A DNA stretch of 64,000 nucleotides from Candidatus Levyibacteriota bacterium (GCA_036788695.1 DAIQMY010000005.1:5190-69189); one strand, 5' to 3'. Counted from the first letter of the stretch, positions 52,809 through 63,596 are shown. The notes: generated from the letters alone by a model not told the origin. Translations and numbers: made by a program.

Positions 52809-53732
52809 TTAAAGATTCTGCAAAACTTCAACTACTTCAGGTAAGGTGAGCTTAGTTCCTCGCATTTGAGGATTCTTTGAGGATCCATTAAGAAGCATAC
52901 GCTTGGAAACGTGTAAATACCATGATGCCTCTGGATCCATTTTTTTTAACTTGTCGTATACCGGTGTAAAATCAACTTCTACACTTTCATAGTTATTCGT
53001 ATCCTTCTCCTTCCCACTCTTTTCCCTCTTTCTGGGCCTCGCTTTAATTCTAACTCCACCATTTTTTGGATCTTTACGAACAGTTACCACATACCCCATA
53101 AGTTGAGCTAGCTTTAGCACTTCGTCATTTATAGTTTCTATAGCAATTCCCTTTCCCCATTTTGTATTAAATTGAATTCCTTTTTTTTCTATCTCCTCCT
53201 CTGCCCACATTCTGTTCTCAAATCTGTGGATAGCCACATCTAGCAAATCGAATCCAAAACGTAGACATGTAGCGTCATCTCTTGGGTACTGAAATTTTAT
53301 TCCTGAAAGTAATGATACGAGTGAGAATTCGTACATATCTGAAGAAGGATCCGGGTAATACACTTCTTGGAAGTGGTCATCATCAACTACATATTCAACC
53401 AAACGCAAGAGTGCGTCTGATTTGTGCTTATTTGCCCTCAACTCCTCTGATAAGGGTAAAACATACTCATAGGTGAGTTTTGCAGCACAGGTATTCTCAT
53501 TTTCTACCTGATGGTGATCAAGAGGTCCCATCCCCGTATCTACATGTATTACCTCTTTCCCATCTAAATGCTCAATAACATCCTCTGAAGCACGTTCAGT
53601 GTTTAATCTTCCTCCGGCAGGAACAGTTATAACCTCCGCATCTTCCCACCCAGGTAAAAAGCGTTTAATAAGCCATGAAGATGCTACTGCATCAAGATCA
53701 GGTGAGTTATGAGTTACTATAATTTTTGACAT
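52809..53732 (-). CDS. DHH-family phosphoesterase (NrnA-like)
   Basis: HNSPDLDAVAS and DHHQ motifs, about 307 aa. Confidence 0.6.
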   Translation of the reverse strand: MSKIIVTHNSPDLDAVASSWLIKRFLPGWEDAEVITVPAGGRLNTERASEDVIEHLDGKEVIHVDTGMGPLDHHQVENENTCAAKLTYEYVLPLSEELRANKHKSDALLRLVEYVVDDDHFQEVYYPDPSSDMYEFSLVSLLSGIKFQYPRDDATCLRFGFDLLDVAIHRFENRMWAEEEIEKKGIQFNTKWGKGIAIETINDEVLKLAQLMGYVVTVRKDPKNGGVRIKARPRKREKSGKEKDTNNYESVEVDFTPVYDKLKKMDPEASWYLHVSKRMLLNGSSKNPQMRGTKLTLPEVVEVLQNL

Positions 53733-53783
53733 ATGTTTTTATATAAATTACCTGTGTAAGTATATCACATATGACCCTGATTC

Positions 53784-54359
53784 TTGATTCTTTGTTCAGT
53801 ATTCATATATCATGAGTATATGCCTGATAAACCCACGGTAACACCCGATCATATCAAAAAATATCAACAAATTATGGGTGTTACTGCTACTCCTAAATCT
53901 CAACCAGTACCAACCGCTACCAAAACCGTAACGCAACCTGAAACAAAGGATGCCCGCCTGTCATTCCTCTCCTCCCTTCCTAAACCTACTGGAATAGGAA
54001 ACAAAATGTTTATCTTTACGGGGAAAAAAAAGATAATAATAGATGGAACTGACAAGGAAGTAGAAAATGTTAAAACAATAGACCCTAAGGATATTAAAAA
54101 AGACACACCACCACCTGTGCCCCCACCCGCCACAAAAGAAGATTTAGTCGCAAAGCAAGTAGAAACTGTAACTATTCCCTCAAATCAGAAAGAAGAAGAA
54201 AAAAAACCTAAAAATTCCATTCCTGCATCTACCACAAAGTCTGAGCAAGCTGGTCAGAGAAAAAAATTCCCACTCGCGTTAGTTTTAGTATTTTTCTTTC
54301 TATTTATGGGTGTATGGATACTTTTTTGGCTCGTGTTTTTTGGATTTATTAAAATGTAA
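53784..54359 (+). CDS. proline-rich protein with C-terminal TM anchor
   Basis: PPPVPPPATKE and a C-terminal LALVLVFFFLFMGVWILFWLVFFGFI. Confidence 0.35.
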   Translation: MILCSVFIYHEYMPDKPTVTPDHIKKYQQIMGVTATPKSQPVPTATKTVTQPETKDARLSFLSSLPKPTGIGNKMFIFTGKKKIIIDGTDKEVENVKTIDPKDIKKDTPPPVPPPATKEDLVAKQVETVTIPSNQKEEEKKPKNSIPASTTKSEQAGQRKKFPLALVLVFFFLFMGVWILFWLVFFGFIKM

Positions 54360-54416
54360 CTCGCCTGAACGCAATATAAAAAACCTGAAGTGATGGTAGA
54401 CAATGCGTTGAGAATA

Positions 54417-55652
54417 TTATTTCGAGAGAATCTTGAAAACCTCAGCAGAAGATAATAATCTTGTCTTACTCTCATGTCTATTCTTCCATTCAATCTTTCC
54501 CTCTGATTTCTGAGAGATTACAAGCCTTATGGGAATACCTAATAAATCTGCATCTGCAAATTTTTCACCAGGAGATATGTCGCGATCATCCCATAAAACT
54601 TCTACTCCCAAGTTTTGTAACTTGTGATACAGCTCCTCACCTTGATCAACTATCTCTGGTTCTTTCCTGGCAAGTGTTAGAAGGTGTACTTTGTAAGGCG
54701 CAACAGACTCAGGCCATACTATTCCCTTCTCATCATGATGTACTTCTACAATGGTGCCCATAAGACGTGTTATACCTATTCCATAACAACCCATCAACAC
54801 TTTCTTCTCTGCTCCATCCGCATCTTTATATGTTATGTTAAATGCGTCTGAAAACTTGGTCCCTAATGGAAAAATATTTCCCACCTCTATAGTCTTTGCC
54901 TTCTCTAGCGCGCCATGCCCAAGATCACACTGCTTCCCCTCCTGAACAGGAGACACTTCTGTATTTGCTGAAAAGTCACCACCAGGGCAATAGATAATCT
55001 CATCCTCACCTGCGGGAGTTATAACCTGATACTCATGGGAGACATCTGAAAACGCACCACCTGATGCCTGAGTTTCAATAGCAGCTAACCCAACTCTTTC
55101 AAATACCTTCATGTAGGCTTTTTTCATAATTTCATAATAAGCTTTAAAATCTTCTTCTGTAGCATGGAATGAATACAAATCCTTCATAAGAAATTCCCTG
55201 CCCCGTAAAATTCCAGATTTTGCCCGCGCCTCATCTCTAAATTTTGTTTGAATTTGATATACATGCATGGGTAAATCTTTATAGGAGGAGATAAATTGTG
55301 ACGCGAGCGGTGAAATTACTTCCTCGTGTGTTGGTCCAAGAGCGTACTCATGTTTATATTGGGATATTACTTTAAAAAGTGCATCAAACGAATCCCAACG
55401 ATTTGTTTGCATCCATGATTCTTTACTCTGAAGAGAAGACAATTCTAATTCTTGCGCATCAGCAGCATTCATTTCCTCGCGTACAATTTTATTAATTTTC
55501 TCAATTACCCGAAGTCCCAAAGGTAGATAGTTATATACCCCCGCCATTTCTCTTCGGATATACCCTCCACGGGTTAAAAGCTTCGCATTTACTGATGTTT
55601 CTTCTGCGGAAACATTTTTTGTAGTTTTTCCGAAAAGCTTTGAATATCGCAT
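54417..55652 (-). CDS. proS: prolyl-tRNA synthetase (short form without INS editing domain)
   Basis: The N-terminus aligns with bacterial ProS (MRYSKLF...LLTRGGYIRREMAGVYNYLPLGLRVIEKINKIVREEM), and a class II core and anticodon-binding C-terminus are present. Confidence 0.8.
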   Translation of the reverse strand: MRYSKLFGKTTKNVSAEETSVNAKLLTRGGYIRREMAGVYNYLPLGLRVIEKINKIVREEMNAADAQELELSSLQSKESWMQTNRWDSFDALFKVISQYKHEYALGPTHEEVISPLASQFISSYKDLPMHVYQIQTKFRDEARAKSGILRGREFLMKDLYSFHATEEDFKAYYEIMKKAYMKVFERVGLAAIETQASGGAFSDVSHEYQVITPAGEDEIIYCPGGDFSANTEVSPVQEGKQCDLGHGALEKAKTIEVGNIFPLGTKFSDAFNITYKDADGAEKKVLMGCYGIGITRLMGTIVEVHHDEKGIVWPESVAPYKVHLLTLARKEPEIVDQGEELYHKLQNLGVEVLWDDRDISPGEKFADADLLGIPIRLVISQKSEGKIEWKNRHESKTRLLSSAEVFKILSK

Positions 55653-55734
55653 ATGTGTAGTATATGAACATAAGAGGAAGAATGCAATATTAAATCATGT
55701 TGACAATTTGTAAGCGACACAGTATGCTTCAATT

Positions 55735-55968
55735 ATGGTTGAAGCGCATAAACCGCATGAACCTAATAAAAAAACTGCAAAGGTAATAGGATGTATTGTG
55801 GGGAGCAGCATAATACTTCATGGATTGAGCGCTCTTACACTTTCCACTCAGCACAATACAGAAACTGAAGAACATGACCGTGCAGTAAGTTACGCTCAAC
55901 AAGGGGCGGTTGAAATTGTATCTGGAGCTATTGTTTTATTGGCAACATTTTCACGCAAAAAGAGATGA
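55735..55968 (+). CDS. small hypothetical membrane protein
   Basis: A 77-aa ORF with two hydrophobic stretches. Weak. Confidence 0.2.
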   Translation: MVEAHKPHEPNKKTAKVIGCIVGSSIILHGLSALTLSTQHNTETEEHDRAVSYAQQGAVEIVSGAIVLLATFSRKKR

Positions 55969-56850
55969 TGCAACTATTGGCGCGATTGAGAGAACCTCAA
56001 GTTTTTTAAACTGTTTTTCGTAAGGAATATATATAGTATCTGTTACATAAATCTTCTCAGCAGAACACGCCTCAAGCAAGCTTGGAGCTTCATCGGAAAA
56101 CACGGCGTGTGTCGCAAAAACAAATACTTTTTTTGCTCCCATACTAAATAACTCATTCACGCATTGAACAATTGTTCCTCCCGATGAGATCATATCATCT
56201 ACTATAAAACATATGTCTTTCACCTCTCCTTGAACTCGTGCAATCTTTATTTTTCCTGTTACGATGTCACGATCTTTCTCAACCGCTACATAATCTATTC
56301 CTCCGATTAAATTCTTAAGTAATTCAATTCTCCTTATTCCTCCCATGTCAGGAGTCACGAGACAAGCATTGGATAGATCAGGCTCGATCTGTTTTACTTT
56401 TTCAGCAAATAACGGAAGCGCTGAGAGGTGGTCTACCCCTATACTAAAAAGCTCAGGGATTTTTATGGAATGCAAATCAACACCCACAAAACAATTTGCC
56501 CCTGATGCCTCAATCATTTTTACGACTACCTCAAGAGAGCGCGCCTCACCTGTTCTGAAAATATGATCTTGACGCTGGTATCCCAAATACGGAACTACTG
56601 CGGTAAGATTTTTTGCTCCGCTTCTTTTAGCTGCATCTAATAACAAGCACAACTCCATTAAGTTTGAGTCTACCGGTGGACAAGTTGGCTGACAAATAAG
56701 CACGTCTTCATCTACCACGTCCTCCATTAGCTTAATTCTCCGCTCACCATCCGGGAATAAATGATTCTCAACGCCTGAAAGCGATATACCTAAATTTTGG
56801 GCAATTTTTTCTGCCAATGGTCTATTTGCACTACCTGAAAATATTTTCAT
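55951..56850 (-). CDS. prs: ribose-phosphate pyrophosphokinase paralog (divergent)
   Basis: MKIFSGSANRPLAEKIA, FPDGE and VDDMISSGGT. The ribose-5-P/ATP region reads DLHSIKIPELF where the canonical sequence is DLHAxQIQGFF. Confidence 0.7.
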   Translation of the reverse strand: MKIFSGSANRPLAEKIAQNLGISLSGVENHLFPDGERRIKLMEDVVDEDVLICQPTCPPVDSNLMELCLLLDAAKRSGAKNLTAVVPYLGYQRQDHIFRTGEARSLEVVVKMIEASGANCFVGVDLHSIKIPELFSIGVDHLSALPLFAEKVKQIEPDLSNACLVTPDMGGIRRIELLKNLIGGIDYVAVEKDRDIVTGKIKIARVQGEVKDICFIVDDMISSGGTIVQCVNELFSMGAKKVFVFATHAVFSDEAPSLLEACSAEKIYVTDTIYIPYEKQFKKLEVLSIAPIVASSLFA

Positions 56851-56893
56851 GAGATAATTGTACGAAGTATGCGCATCTATAATCAAGATGGTT

Positions 56894-57874
56894 TTATAGA
56901 ATCAATTCACGACTTAATGATTCTCCAGATTCAATTCTTTCAATCGCATGTGATAGAAGATTTGCTACTGATACAACGGTAATCCGTTTGTTTTTTTTCA
57001 TTTCCGAACGCAGCGGTACAGTGTCTGTGATTATTAATTCATCCACCGTACTTTTTGCAAACTTTTCTGATGCGTTACCAGAAAATAACCCATGAGTTGC
57101 GCAAATTATAACTTTTTTTGCCCCCGACTTTTTTAAGTATTCTGCTGCATGAATAACAGTTCCCCCCGTATCTATAATGTCGTCGACCAATAATATATTT
57201 TTCCCTGCGACGCTCCCTATCATAGCAAGCGCATTTGAAGCATTGTTTACCGCAATATCCCGCTCTTTATATACCAACGCTATCTCATTCACACCCAAAA
57301 GCCGAGCATAACCAGTAGCTCGAGTCATACCACCCTTATCTGGTGCAGCTATTACCAAATTTTTTAAATTCCTTTTTTTAATCTCAGGAATAAGAGAATA
57401 AGAACCATATAAATTATCCCAAGGACCCTTTATGAAACCTTGCTGCTGCTCAGAGTGAATATCAAGTGTAACTATTCTATTAACTCCCGCGTTTTCTAAA
57501 ATACTAGCAACTACAGATGCTGAAATAGGTACTCTTGGCATCTCCTTTCTGTCTTGCCTGGAATACCCAAAATAAGGAATGATCGCAGTTATTTCATCTG
57601 CAGATGACCTACGCGCGGCATCAATCATAAAGACTAATTCCAAAAGAGAATCGTTTACCGGAGGACATGTGGGTTGAATTATAAAAACGTGCTTACGACG
57701 TACATTTTCAGGAACTTTAATACGTATTTCACCATCAGAAAAAACGCTAACGGGGTTAAATAATTCTTTCTTTAAAAAGCTCGCCACTTTTTTGGCAAGC
57801 AAGGGGTTAGACCTCCCGGTCAGAAGTACATAATCATTTGACTGCGCAATACCCAAAGACATAATATGTTTCAA
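56894..57874 (-). CDS. prs: ribose-phosphate pyrophosphokinase (canonical-looking paralog)
   Basis: FSDGEIRIKV, YSRQDRK, DIHSEQQQGF and VDDIIDTGGT. Confidence 0.8.
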   Translation of the reverse strand: MKHIMSLGIAQSNDYVLLTGRSNPLLAKKVASFLKKELFNPVSVFSDGEIRIKVPENVRRKHVFIIQPTCPPVNDSLLELVFMIDAARRSSADEITAIIPYFGYSRQDRKEMPRVPISASVVASILENAGVNRIVTLDIHSEQQQGFIKGPWDNLYGSYSLIPEIKKRNLKNLVIAAPDKGGMTRATGYARLLGVNEIALVYKERDIAVNNASNALAMIGSVAGKNILLVDDIIDTGGTVIHAAEYLKKSGAKKVIICATHGLFSGNASEKFAKSTVDELIITDTVPLRSEMKKNKRITVVSVANLLSHAIERIESGESLSRELIL

Positions 57875-57908
57875 CTAAGTAAAATGGCGCTCAAATCTAA
57901 AAACGTTA

Positions 57909-58211
57909 CTATTTTCCAAGCAATCCTCCAAGTCCGCCTCCCATTTCTTGCATCTTTGAAGCTGCTTTTTTTTGTGCTTTCTCAAGAGCCTCATTTAGCG
58001 CATCTACAGCATCTCGCATATCCTCATCATTCACTTTAAAACTTTTAACTTTCATGTCAGCTGTCAGCTCAACTGACACGCGACCACGAGATGCAGTAAC
58101 TACAATGGTTTGCAGTTCTTTTTGGATTTTTATTGCTTCGTCTCTTAGTTTTTTTACATCTCCCAGGGCACCAAGCCCTTTCATAGGATTAAACATATTT
58201 TTAAACACCAC
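57909..58211 (-). CDS. ybaB: YbaB/EbfC-family nucleoid-associated protein
   Basis: About 100 aa, a length and composition like YbaB, immediately downstream of dnaX in the conserved dnaX-ybaB arrangement. Confidence 0.55.
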   Translation of the reverse strand: MVFKNMFNPMKGLGALGDVKKLRDEAIKIQKELQTIVVTASRGRVSVELTADMKVKSFKVNDEDMRDAVDALNEALEKAQKKAASKMQEMGGGLGGLLGK

Positions 58212-58237
58212 CTTTCTTCACTTGCTTGTCAATTATC

Positions 58238-59632
58238 CTAATTTTTAATACTAAATGCAACTTCTTTTTGTAAGATTTCTTGAATGTGGGATGAGATTAT
58301 TGCATGGTTTTGTTTTTCCGTTAACTTTCCTAGATGAAATGGGGAAGGAGCTTGAATTACAAATCCACCCGCGTCTTCACTAAGCTTACACCCGCGCAAT
58401 AACCCTGCAAGAATTTTATTTTCCTTATTAACTGAGTCTAAAAGTCTTTTGAACAGATCGGGAATGTGATTCTCTATAGGTTCCAAAGGTTTTTCCTTTA
58501 GCTCATTTTCCCTCTGTACTACTGGCGCAGATCTCACCTTTCCTTGGACTTTCACATCCTTTTGATTTATCTCCCCAACTGGTACCTCCTTCGCGCTTCC
58601 TGTGATACAGAATTCTATTACAGCAATCTCCAGCGGCAACTGAGGCAAAACGGCCCCCTTCAATCCCTTGTATGCTTCGTCTAGAAGCTGTAGCAATTTC
58701 TCTACATTCAAGATATCTGTATTTTTTTTCTGCAACACATAGTTCAACAACTGACCATGCAATATGCTTGCCATTCTCTCAATAATAATTGCAAAGTCCG
58801 TATTCAGAGAAGACAGTGATTCAATCTCTGACAATGCCTTTTGTAGATCTTTTTGAAAGCAAAAATGAATAATAGATACAGCTGAAGAATCTATTGATCC
58901 TGTTTTAAATTGTGATTCAACTAGGCTTAGTGTTATCTTTCCTTTTGCTTGAAGACTTAATTCCTCAAGTATTTTAGCTGCATCCCGAAATGCTCCCTGA
59001 GAAAGCTGGGAAACACGCAATAATACACCTTCCTCCAATTCTAACTTTTCCCCATCAACGATTCTTTGCATACTTCGCGATAGCTCATCTTCGTTTGGTT
59101 TTTCAAATGGAACTAAAAACACACGGGAAATAATAGTTTCAGGCAATTTACCGGTCTCAGTTGTCGCCAAGATAAAAACCACATGGCTTGGAGGTTCTTC
59201 AAGCGTTTTTAAAAGTGCATTAAATGCTTCAGTCGTAAGCATATGCACCTCATCTATGATATATACTTTTTTTGAAAGAACTGATGGGGAAAATTTTATT
59301 CGCTCACGAAGCTCTCTTATCTCATCTATCCCACGGTTGCTTGCGGCATCTATTTCTAAAACATCTACGGCTGTCCCGTTTGTTATAGAAATACATGCAG
59401 AACATTTATTGCAGGGTTCAATACTGGACGAGTTGCCTTGCTTTCTTTTTTCACAATTTATTGCCTTCGCTAAAATTCTTGCAGAAGATGTTTTTCCAAG
59501 CCCTTTTGGACCCGCGAATAAAAATGCGTGCGGAACTGAATTTGAAGAAAGAATTGCCGAAAGCCTCTTACGAACTTCTACAAGATCAAGCTCTGAGATT
59601 AATTGCGGACGGTATTTTCTATAATAAACCAT
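58238..59632 (-). CDS. dnaX: DNA polymerase III subunit gamma/tau
   Basis: GPKGLGKTSSARILAKAINCE, a zinc module (CNKCSACISI), DEVHMLT and LLKTLEEPP. Confidence 0.85.
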   Translation of the reverse strand: MVYYRKYRPQLISELDLVEVRKRLSAILSSNSVPHAFLFAGPKGLGKTSSARILAKAINCEKRKQGNSSSIEPCNKCSACISITNGTAVDVLEIDAASNRGIDEIRELRERIKFSPSVLSKKVYIIDEVHMLTTEAFNALLKTLEEPPSHVVFILATTETGKLPETIISRVFLVPFEKPNEDELSRSMQRIVDGEKLELEEGVLLRVSQLSQGAFRDAAKILEELSLQAKGKITLSLVESQFKTGSIDSSAVSIIHFCFQKDLQKALSEIESLSSLNTDFAIIIERMASILHGQLLNYVLQKKNTDILNVEKLLQLLDEAYKGLKGAVLPQLPLEIAVIEFCITGSAKEVPVGEINQKDVKVQGKVRSAPVVQRENELKEKPLEPIENHIPDLFKRLLDSVNKENKILAGLLRGCKLSEDAGGFVIQAPSPFHLGKLTEKQNHAIISSHIQEILQKEVAFSIKN

Positions 59633-59641
59633 ATTTGAGAA

Positions 59642-60028
59642 TCACTCGTGGTGCTCACCTAATAAATGTTGAAGACCGTGGGCAACCCAAAAACAAATTT
59701 TATCATCAACCAATTTATTCTCAAATGAAGCTTCGTTAATTATCACTGGATATGAAATAATTACGTCACCTAGTATAAGCTTGTCTGACTTTATTACCAT
59801 TCCTTCACCTTCAGTTTGCGAAAATGATAGAACATTTGTAGTTTTATCTAAATTCCTATACTTTTTATTCAAAGCACGCATCTTGCGATCACCAACTATG
59901 GCAATTGAAACCTCAACGGGAGTTGTAATTCCACGATCAGATATTACGCGATTAACCGTTTCTTTTATTTTTTTTCTACTAACTCTGTACCTACTCTCTA
60001 CAAAAATTTGGGTGGTTATATCACTCAT
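59642..60028 (-). CDS. ybeY: rRNA maturation endoribonuclease YbeY
   Basis: HGLQHLLGEHH zinc-binding H-x3-H-x5-H motif. Confidence 0.8.
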   Translation of the reverse strand: MSDITTQIFVESRYRVSRKKIKETVNRVISDRGITTPVEVSIAIVGDRKMRALNKKYRNLDKTTNVLSFSQTEGEGMVIKSDKLILGDVIISYPVIINEASFENKLVDDKICFWVAHGLQHLLGEHHE

Positions 60029-60063
60029 GTGCTTTGGACAGCGTGAAACTATTGCACAAAATC

Positions 60064-60258
60064 TTAGGCTGCCTTTTGAGCCATTTGTTTTGCAAATTTA
60101 CGAGTTAATTCTTTTTTAAATTTTCGTCTCACGGATGGTTTATGATAAAATTCACGTTTCTTCATTTCTAAAATAATCCCGGATGCTGCTACGCCACGAG
60201 AAAATTTTCTTATCATTGAATCATTACTATCCCCCGGTTGCTTTTTTATAAATACCAT
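60064..60258 (-). CDS. rpsU: 30S ribosomal protein S21
   Basis: IRKFSRGVAASGIILEMKKREFYHKPS aligns with S21 (RRFKR...GVL.E.RRREFYEKP). Confidence 0.75.
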   Translation of the reverse strand: MVFIKKQPGDSNDSMIRKFSRGVAASGIILEMKKREFYHKPSVRRKFKKELTRKFAKQMAQKAA

Positions 60259-60386
60259 AAAAATAAAACACCCCCTTTTTACTAGGAATGCAATTCTACA
60301 ATTGATGCCTAGAATACTCTTGAATTTACTCCAAGATGTGGCTTCATTATATTCCTTTCAGCGCATATTGGCAAGCTTTATATCCT

Positions 60387-60710
60387 TTACTCTGAGCCTA
60401 CTGGACCTCGAAGATGAAAATGAAGATGGTAAACGTCTTGTGCCCCTCCACCGTTTACGACAATTCTATACCCTTTTCCCATCAGCTTTTCCTGATCTAT
60501 AAGCCTTCGTACTCCATTAGAAATTTTTGTGATTATGTCACTATCCGCATGGAAAAAATCCTCAATGTGTTTCTTAGGAATTATAAGAAGGTGTATTTTG
60601 GATAACGGATTAATATCAGGAAACGCTAATATATCTGAGTCTTCATACGTAAATTCTTTTGGAATCTCACCTGACACAATTTTGCAAAAAACACACGACT
60701 TTTCTTTCAT
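60387..60710 (-). CDS. HIT-family hydrolase
   Basis: Histidine triad HLHFHL and an N-terminal CVFCKIV. Confidence 0.75.
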   Translation of the reverse strand: MKEKSCVFCKIVSGEIPKEFTYEDSDILAFPDINPLSKIHLLIIPKKHIEDFFHADSDIITKISNGVRRLIDQEKLMGKGYRIVVNGGGAQDVYHLHFHLRGPVGSE

Positions 60711-60754
60711 ATGTAGGTAAGTTTACAAGACAAAAAAAATGATTGCAACAACAG

Positions 60755-61243
60755 TTATTTTTTAAAAAAAGTATTTATAATATCTCTAATTCTTGAGGGA
60801 TGATCTTTTTTTTGGACTCCACGATGAAACGCGCGCCTTAACTCGACGATATGAGCATAGGGGAGCTCTTCTGCTATGTGCCCGCTTTGTTTTTCATCCA
60901 GAGACACACTAAACAACTGAGTCAAAAGGCTCATCTCACGACGTGATAATTCTATTTCAACTCGAGCATTTAGACTTTGTCCAGGAATAGGAAGAAATCT
61001 TTCCTTTACTAGCTCCACAAGATCTGTGCCATGATTTAAAAATGAAAAATCATGATATTTTCTTGCTCTATAGCGCCTGAGAGAACTCACTAGTCGGTCG
61101 TCTTCCAGTCGCCTCTGCCAGAAAGAAACGTCTTGATAGGATAACTGCACTGGATACGGCTTGTTAACCGCGTAAACCTTTGGATCTGAGAACATTTTCT
61201 CAACATCATATAAAACTCTCTTGGAATTTAATTCCTTTGACAT
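60755..61243 (-). CDS. hypothetical protein (162 aa)
   Basis: Soluble and charged. No motif recognised. Confidence 0.3.
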   Translation of the reverse strand: MSKELNSKRVLYDVEKMFSDPKVYAVNKPYPVQLSYQDVSFWQRRLEDDRLVSSLRRYRARKYHDFSFLNHGTDLVELVKERFLPIPGQSLNARVEIELSRREMSLLTQLFSVSLDEKQSGHIAEELPYAHIVELRRAFHRGVQKKDHPSRIRDIINTFFKK

Positions 61244-61327
61244 ATGGCACTATTTTACCATAGACTATTATTCTTCTGAAAATACACCAGAATTAAGTCA
61301 ATCTTTGGATGAGAGGAAAAAACTTGC

Positions 61328-61816
61328 TTATAAAACCGGAGAGGGTTTTTCCTCTATTTGAGGAGCAACCGTAGGTGTCTTAAAGCTAAAACAGAATCTT
61401 CCAGCGGGATGAGAGAAATCAGCGTTACTTCTATATGCTGTTTTGCCTTGGGCAGAAAGCTTCTCACTGTCAGATTTTACCTCTGTTGAAGTTGAGAAAA
61501 CTGCGCATAGCTGATAGGTATTGTCCCACATTGGAATATATTCATATTCTTTTTTTGTTTCAGGATCAGTTATTTGCTCTCTTGAAAACGCATAGGAATT
61601 ATATTGGTTAACCTCGACTAACGTTTTCGGCAGCTTCCCATATCTATCAAAATAACTGTTTACACCATAACGAATATCTGAAAAGTCATTTTGTCTTTCC
61701 AAGTCAAATTTGGCAGCACGAACTGCAGCCGGGCTACCACTACTATTAAATCCATAGATAATAGCACCCAAGACAATCAATCCAAGAACTATTATTCCCA
61801 CTATATTTTTTTTCAT
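61328..61816 (-). CDS. membrane-anchored protein with GspG/pilin-like motif but no prepilin leader
   Basis: An N-terminal TM followed by ERQNDFSDIRYGVNSYFDRYGKLP, which resembles the R-x-D-(I/L)-x-x-I-x-x-A-x-x-Y...YP motif of the pseudopilins at 1710-2683. Confidence 0.3.
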   Translation of the reverse strand: MKKNIVGIIVLGLIVLGAIIYGFNSSGSPAAVRAAKFDLERQNDFSDIRYGVNSYFDRYGKLPKTLVEVNQYNSYAFSREQITDPETKKEYEYIPMWDNTYQLCAVFSTSTEVKSDSEKLSAQGKTAYRSNADFSHPAGRFCFSFKTPTVAPQIEEKPSPVL

Positions 61817-62451
61817 GTTTGCTTTCTATCTCCCCAAACATCTAAAAAGAAGTATGCAAAAATAGATCCAGCTACAAGCACCGTTACAAAAAGATGGGCA
61901 ATACTCCGTTCTGTAACAGAACCCCCAAGCAGTTGATACACGGTTCCAATTAAATGACCCATCATAATAATAAATGTCCCAATAAGGGTAAGATATATTA
62001 AGAATTTTCTAACTTTAATTCCTCTTACTGCAGGATTTTTAATTGCTTGTCTTTTGAGAATTAAAAAAAGCACCGCGAATATGGGATACGCTACCATAAG
62101 ACTAGCTATATAAAACTGCATAAGGTATTGACCTGTATTATATGTTACCTGTAGATTGTCTAGCTTGTCTGGCAATAATTCATCTACCGCAAAATGAAAT
62201 ATTCCTCCCAAAGCTGTTGCCCAAACATAAAGCGATATAAAAAGCATTACATATAAAAACCCTACCCACATTCCAAAATGAGGTGCTGGCGGAGTAGGAA
62301 CTGAAAGAATATCTATACTTTTTTCTTTTAATGATGAATTTATTATGGATTCTTGCCAACCGCTTTTTAGAAGTGCACCCCTGATCTGTTCATCTGTTGC
62401 ACCCTTCCCGCGTGCAGTTTCTATGTACGTCCTTAGTTTTCCGTCTGACAT
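61813..62451 (-). CDS. membrane protein with N-terminal soluble domain, unknown function
   Basis: A roughly 45-aa hydrophilic N-terminus followed by 4-5 TM segments. Confidence 0.35.
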   Translation of the reverse strand: MSDGKLRTYIETARGKGATDEQIRGALLKSGWQESIINSSLKEKSIDILSVPTPPAPHFGMWVGFLYVMLFISLYVWATALGGIFHFAVDELLPDKLDNLQVTYNTGQYLMQFYIASLMVAYPIFAVLFLILKRQAIKNPAVRGIKVRKFLIYLTLIGTFIIMMGHLIGTVYQLLGGSVTERSIAHLFVTVLVAGSIFAYFFLDVWGDRKQT

Positions 62452-62495
62452 ATACTATTAACCTTAACAAATAGAGGAAACGAATACAATAATAC

Positions 62496-63596
62496 TTATC
62501 GGCCTATTTTAAATTCAGTAACATCCCCGTCTTGCATGATGTAGTCTCGCCCTTCCATCCTAGCTTTGCCTGAATTTCGGGCGTTTTTCCACCCACCTAA
62601 TTCTAGAAAGTCATGATATGAAACAATCTCTGCTTTAATAAATTTTTGCATAAAATCCGTATGAATCTCACCTGCCGCAATAACAGCATTTGATCCCCTT
62701 TTAATAGTCCACGCCCTTACCTCTATCTCCCCGCAGGTTAAGTATGAAATAAGACCCAAAGTAGAATAAGCTGTTTGAATAAGACGTTCAAGCCCTGATT
62801 TTTCAACACCTAATTCTTTTAGATAGTCTCTTGCATCCTCTTCCCCTAATTCCGCAAGTTCTGATTCAACTTTTGCGCAGATAACAACAATGCTTTCTTG
62901 TCTTACCCCTAAAAAGTCAGAATATTTTTTAATAGTTTCTTTGTTTTTTTCATCTGAATACATTTCCTCTGAAACATTTAAAACTATAATTTCAGGCTTT
63001 GATGACAAAAGATTTAATTCTTGTGTTGCTTCTTTTTCCTCATCTGTCAGGGAGACATCATATGCGCATTTACCCTCATTCAAGGCTGTTTTTAACTTCT
63101 CAACACCCTGCTGCTTTGCTTTGTCAGCCCTAAGACTTTTCTCATTTACATTGTGCAGAGTTGAAAGGTCGGATAAAATTAGCTCAGTGCGGATAGTTTC
63201 ATAGTCGCTCTTTGGATCTACTGCGCCCTCCTTTATAACATCAGGGTCCTCAAAAGCACGTACCACATGTGCCACAACCCTTACCTCACGAATGTGGCTC
63301 AGAAATTTATTACCAAGTCCTGCACCTTCACTTGCTCCTTTAACCAAACCGGCAATATCCACAAACTCTATCAAGGCATTTTTAATAGGAGGAAGACTTG
63401 TCATGCTGCCTTCAGTCTTTGTTATCTCTGCAAGCTTTTCAAGCCGCGCGTCAGGAACTGGAACTACACCAATATTTGGCTCAATTGTGGCAAAAGGATA
63501 ATTTGCAGCCAAAGCCTGCTGCTTTTTGAGGAGCGCATTAAAAAGAGTTGACTTTCCTACGTTTGGTAACCCCACTATTCCTACCGATATGTTCAT
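62496..63596 (-). CDS. ychF: ribosome-binding ATPase YchF (Obg family)
   Basis: [24 protein letters not shown]1 motif, [10 protein letters not shown], and a C-terminal TGS-like GDVTEFK. Confidence 0.85.
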   Translation of the reverse strand: MNISVGIVGLPNVGKSTLFNALLKKQQALAANYPFATIEPNIGVVPVPDARLEKLAEITKTEGSMTSLPPIKNALIEFVDIAGLVKGASEGAGLGNKFLSHIREVRVVAHVVRAFEDPDVIKEGAVDPKSDYETIRTELILSDLSTLHNVNEKSLRADKAKQQGVEKLKTALNEGKCAYDVSLTDEEKEATQELNLLSSKPEIIVLNVSEEMYSDEKNKETIKKYSDFLGVRQESIVVICAKVESELAELGEEDARDYLKELGVEKSGLERLIQTAYSTLGLISYLTCGEIEVRAWTIKRGSNAVIAAGEIHTDFMQKFIKAEIVSYHDFLELGGWKNARNSGKARMEGRDYIMQDGDVTEFKIGR

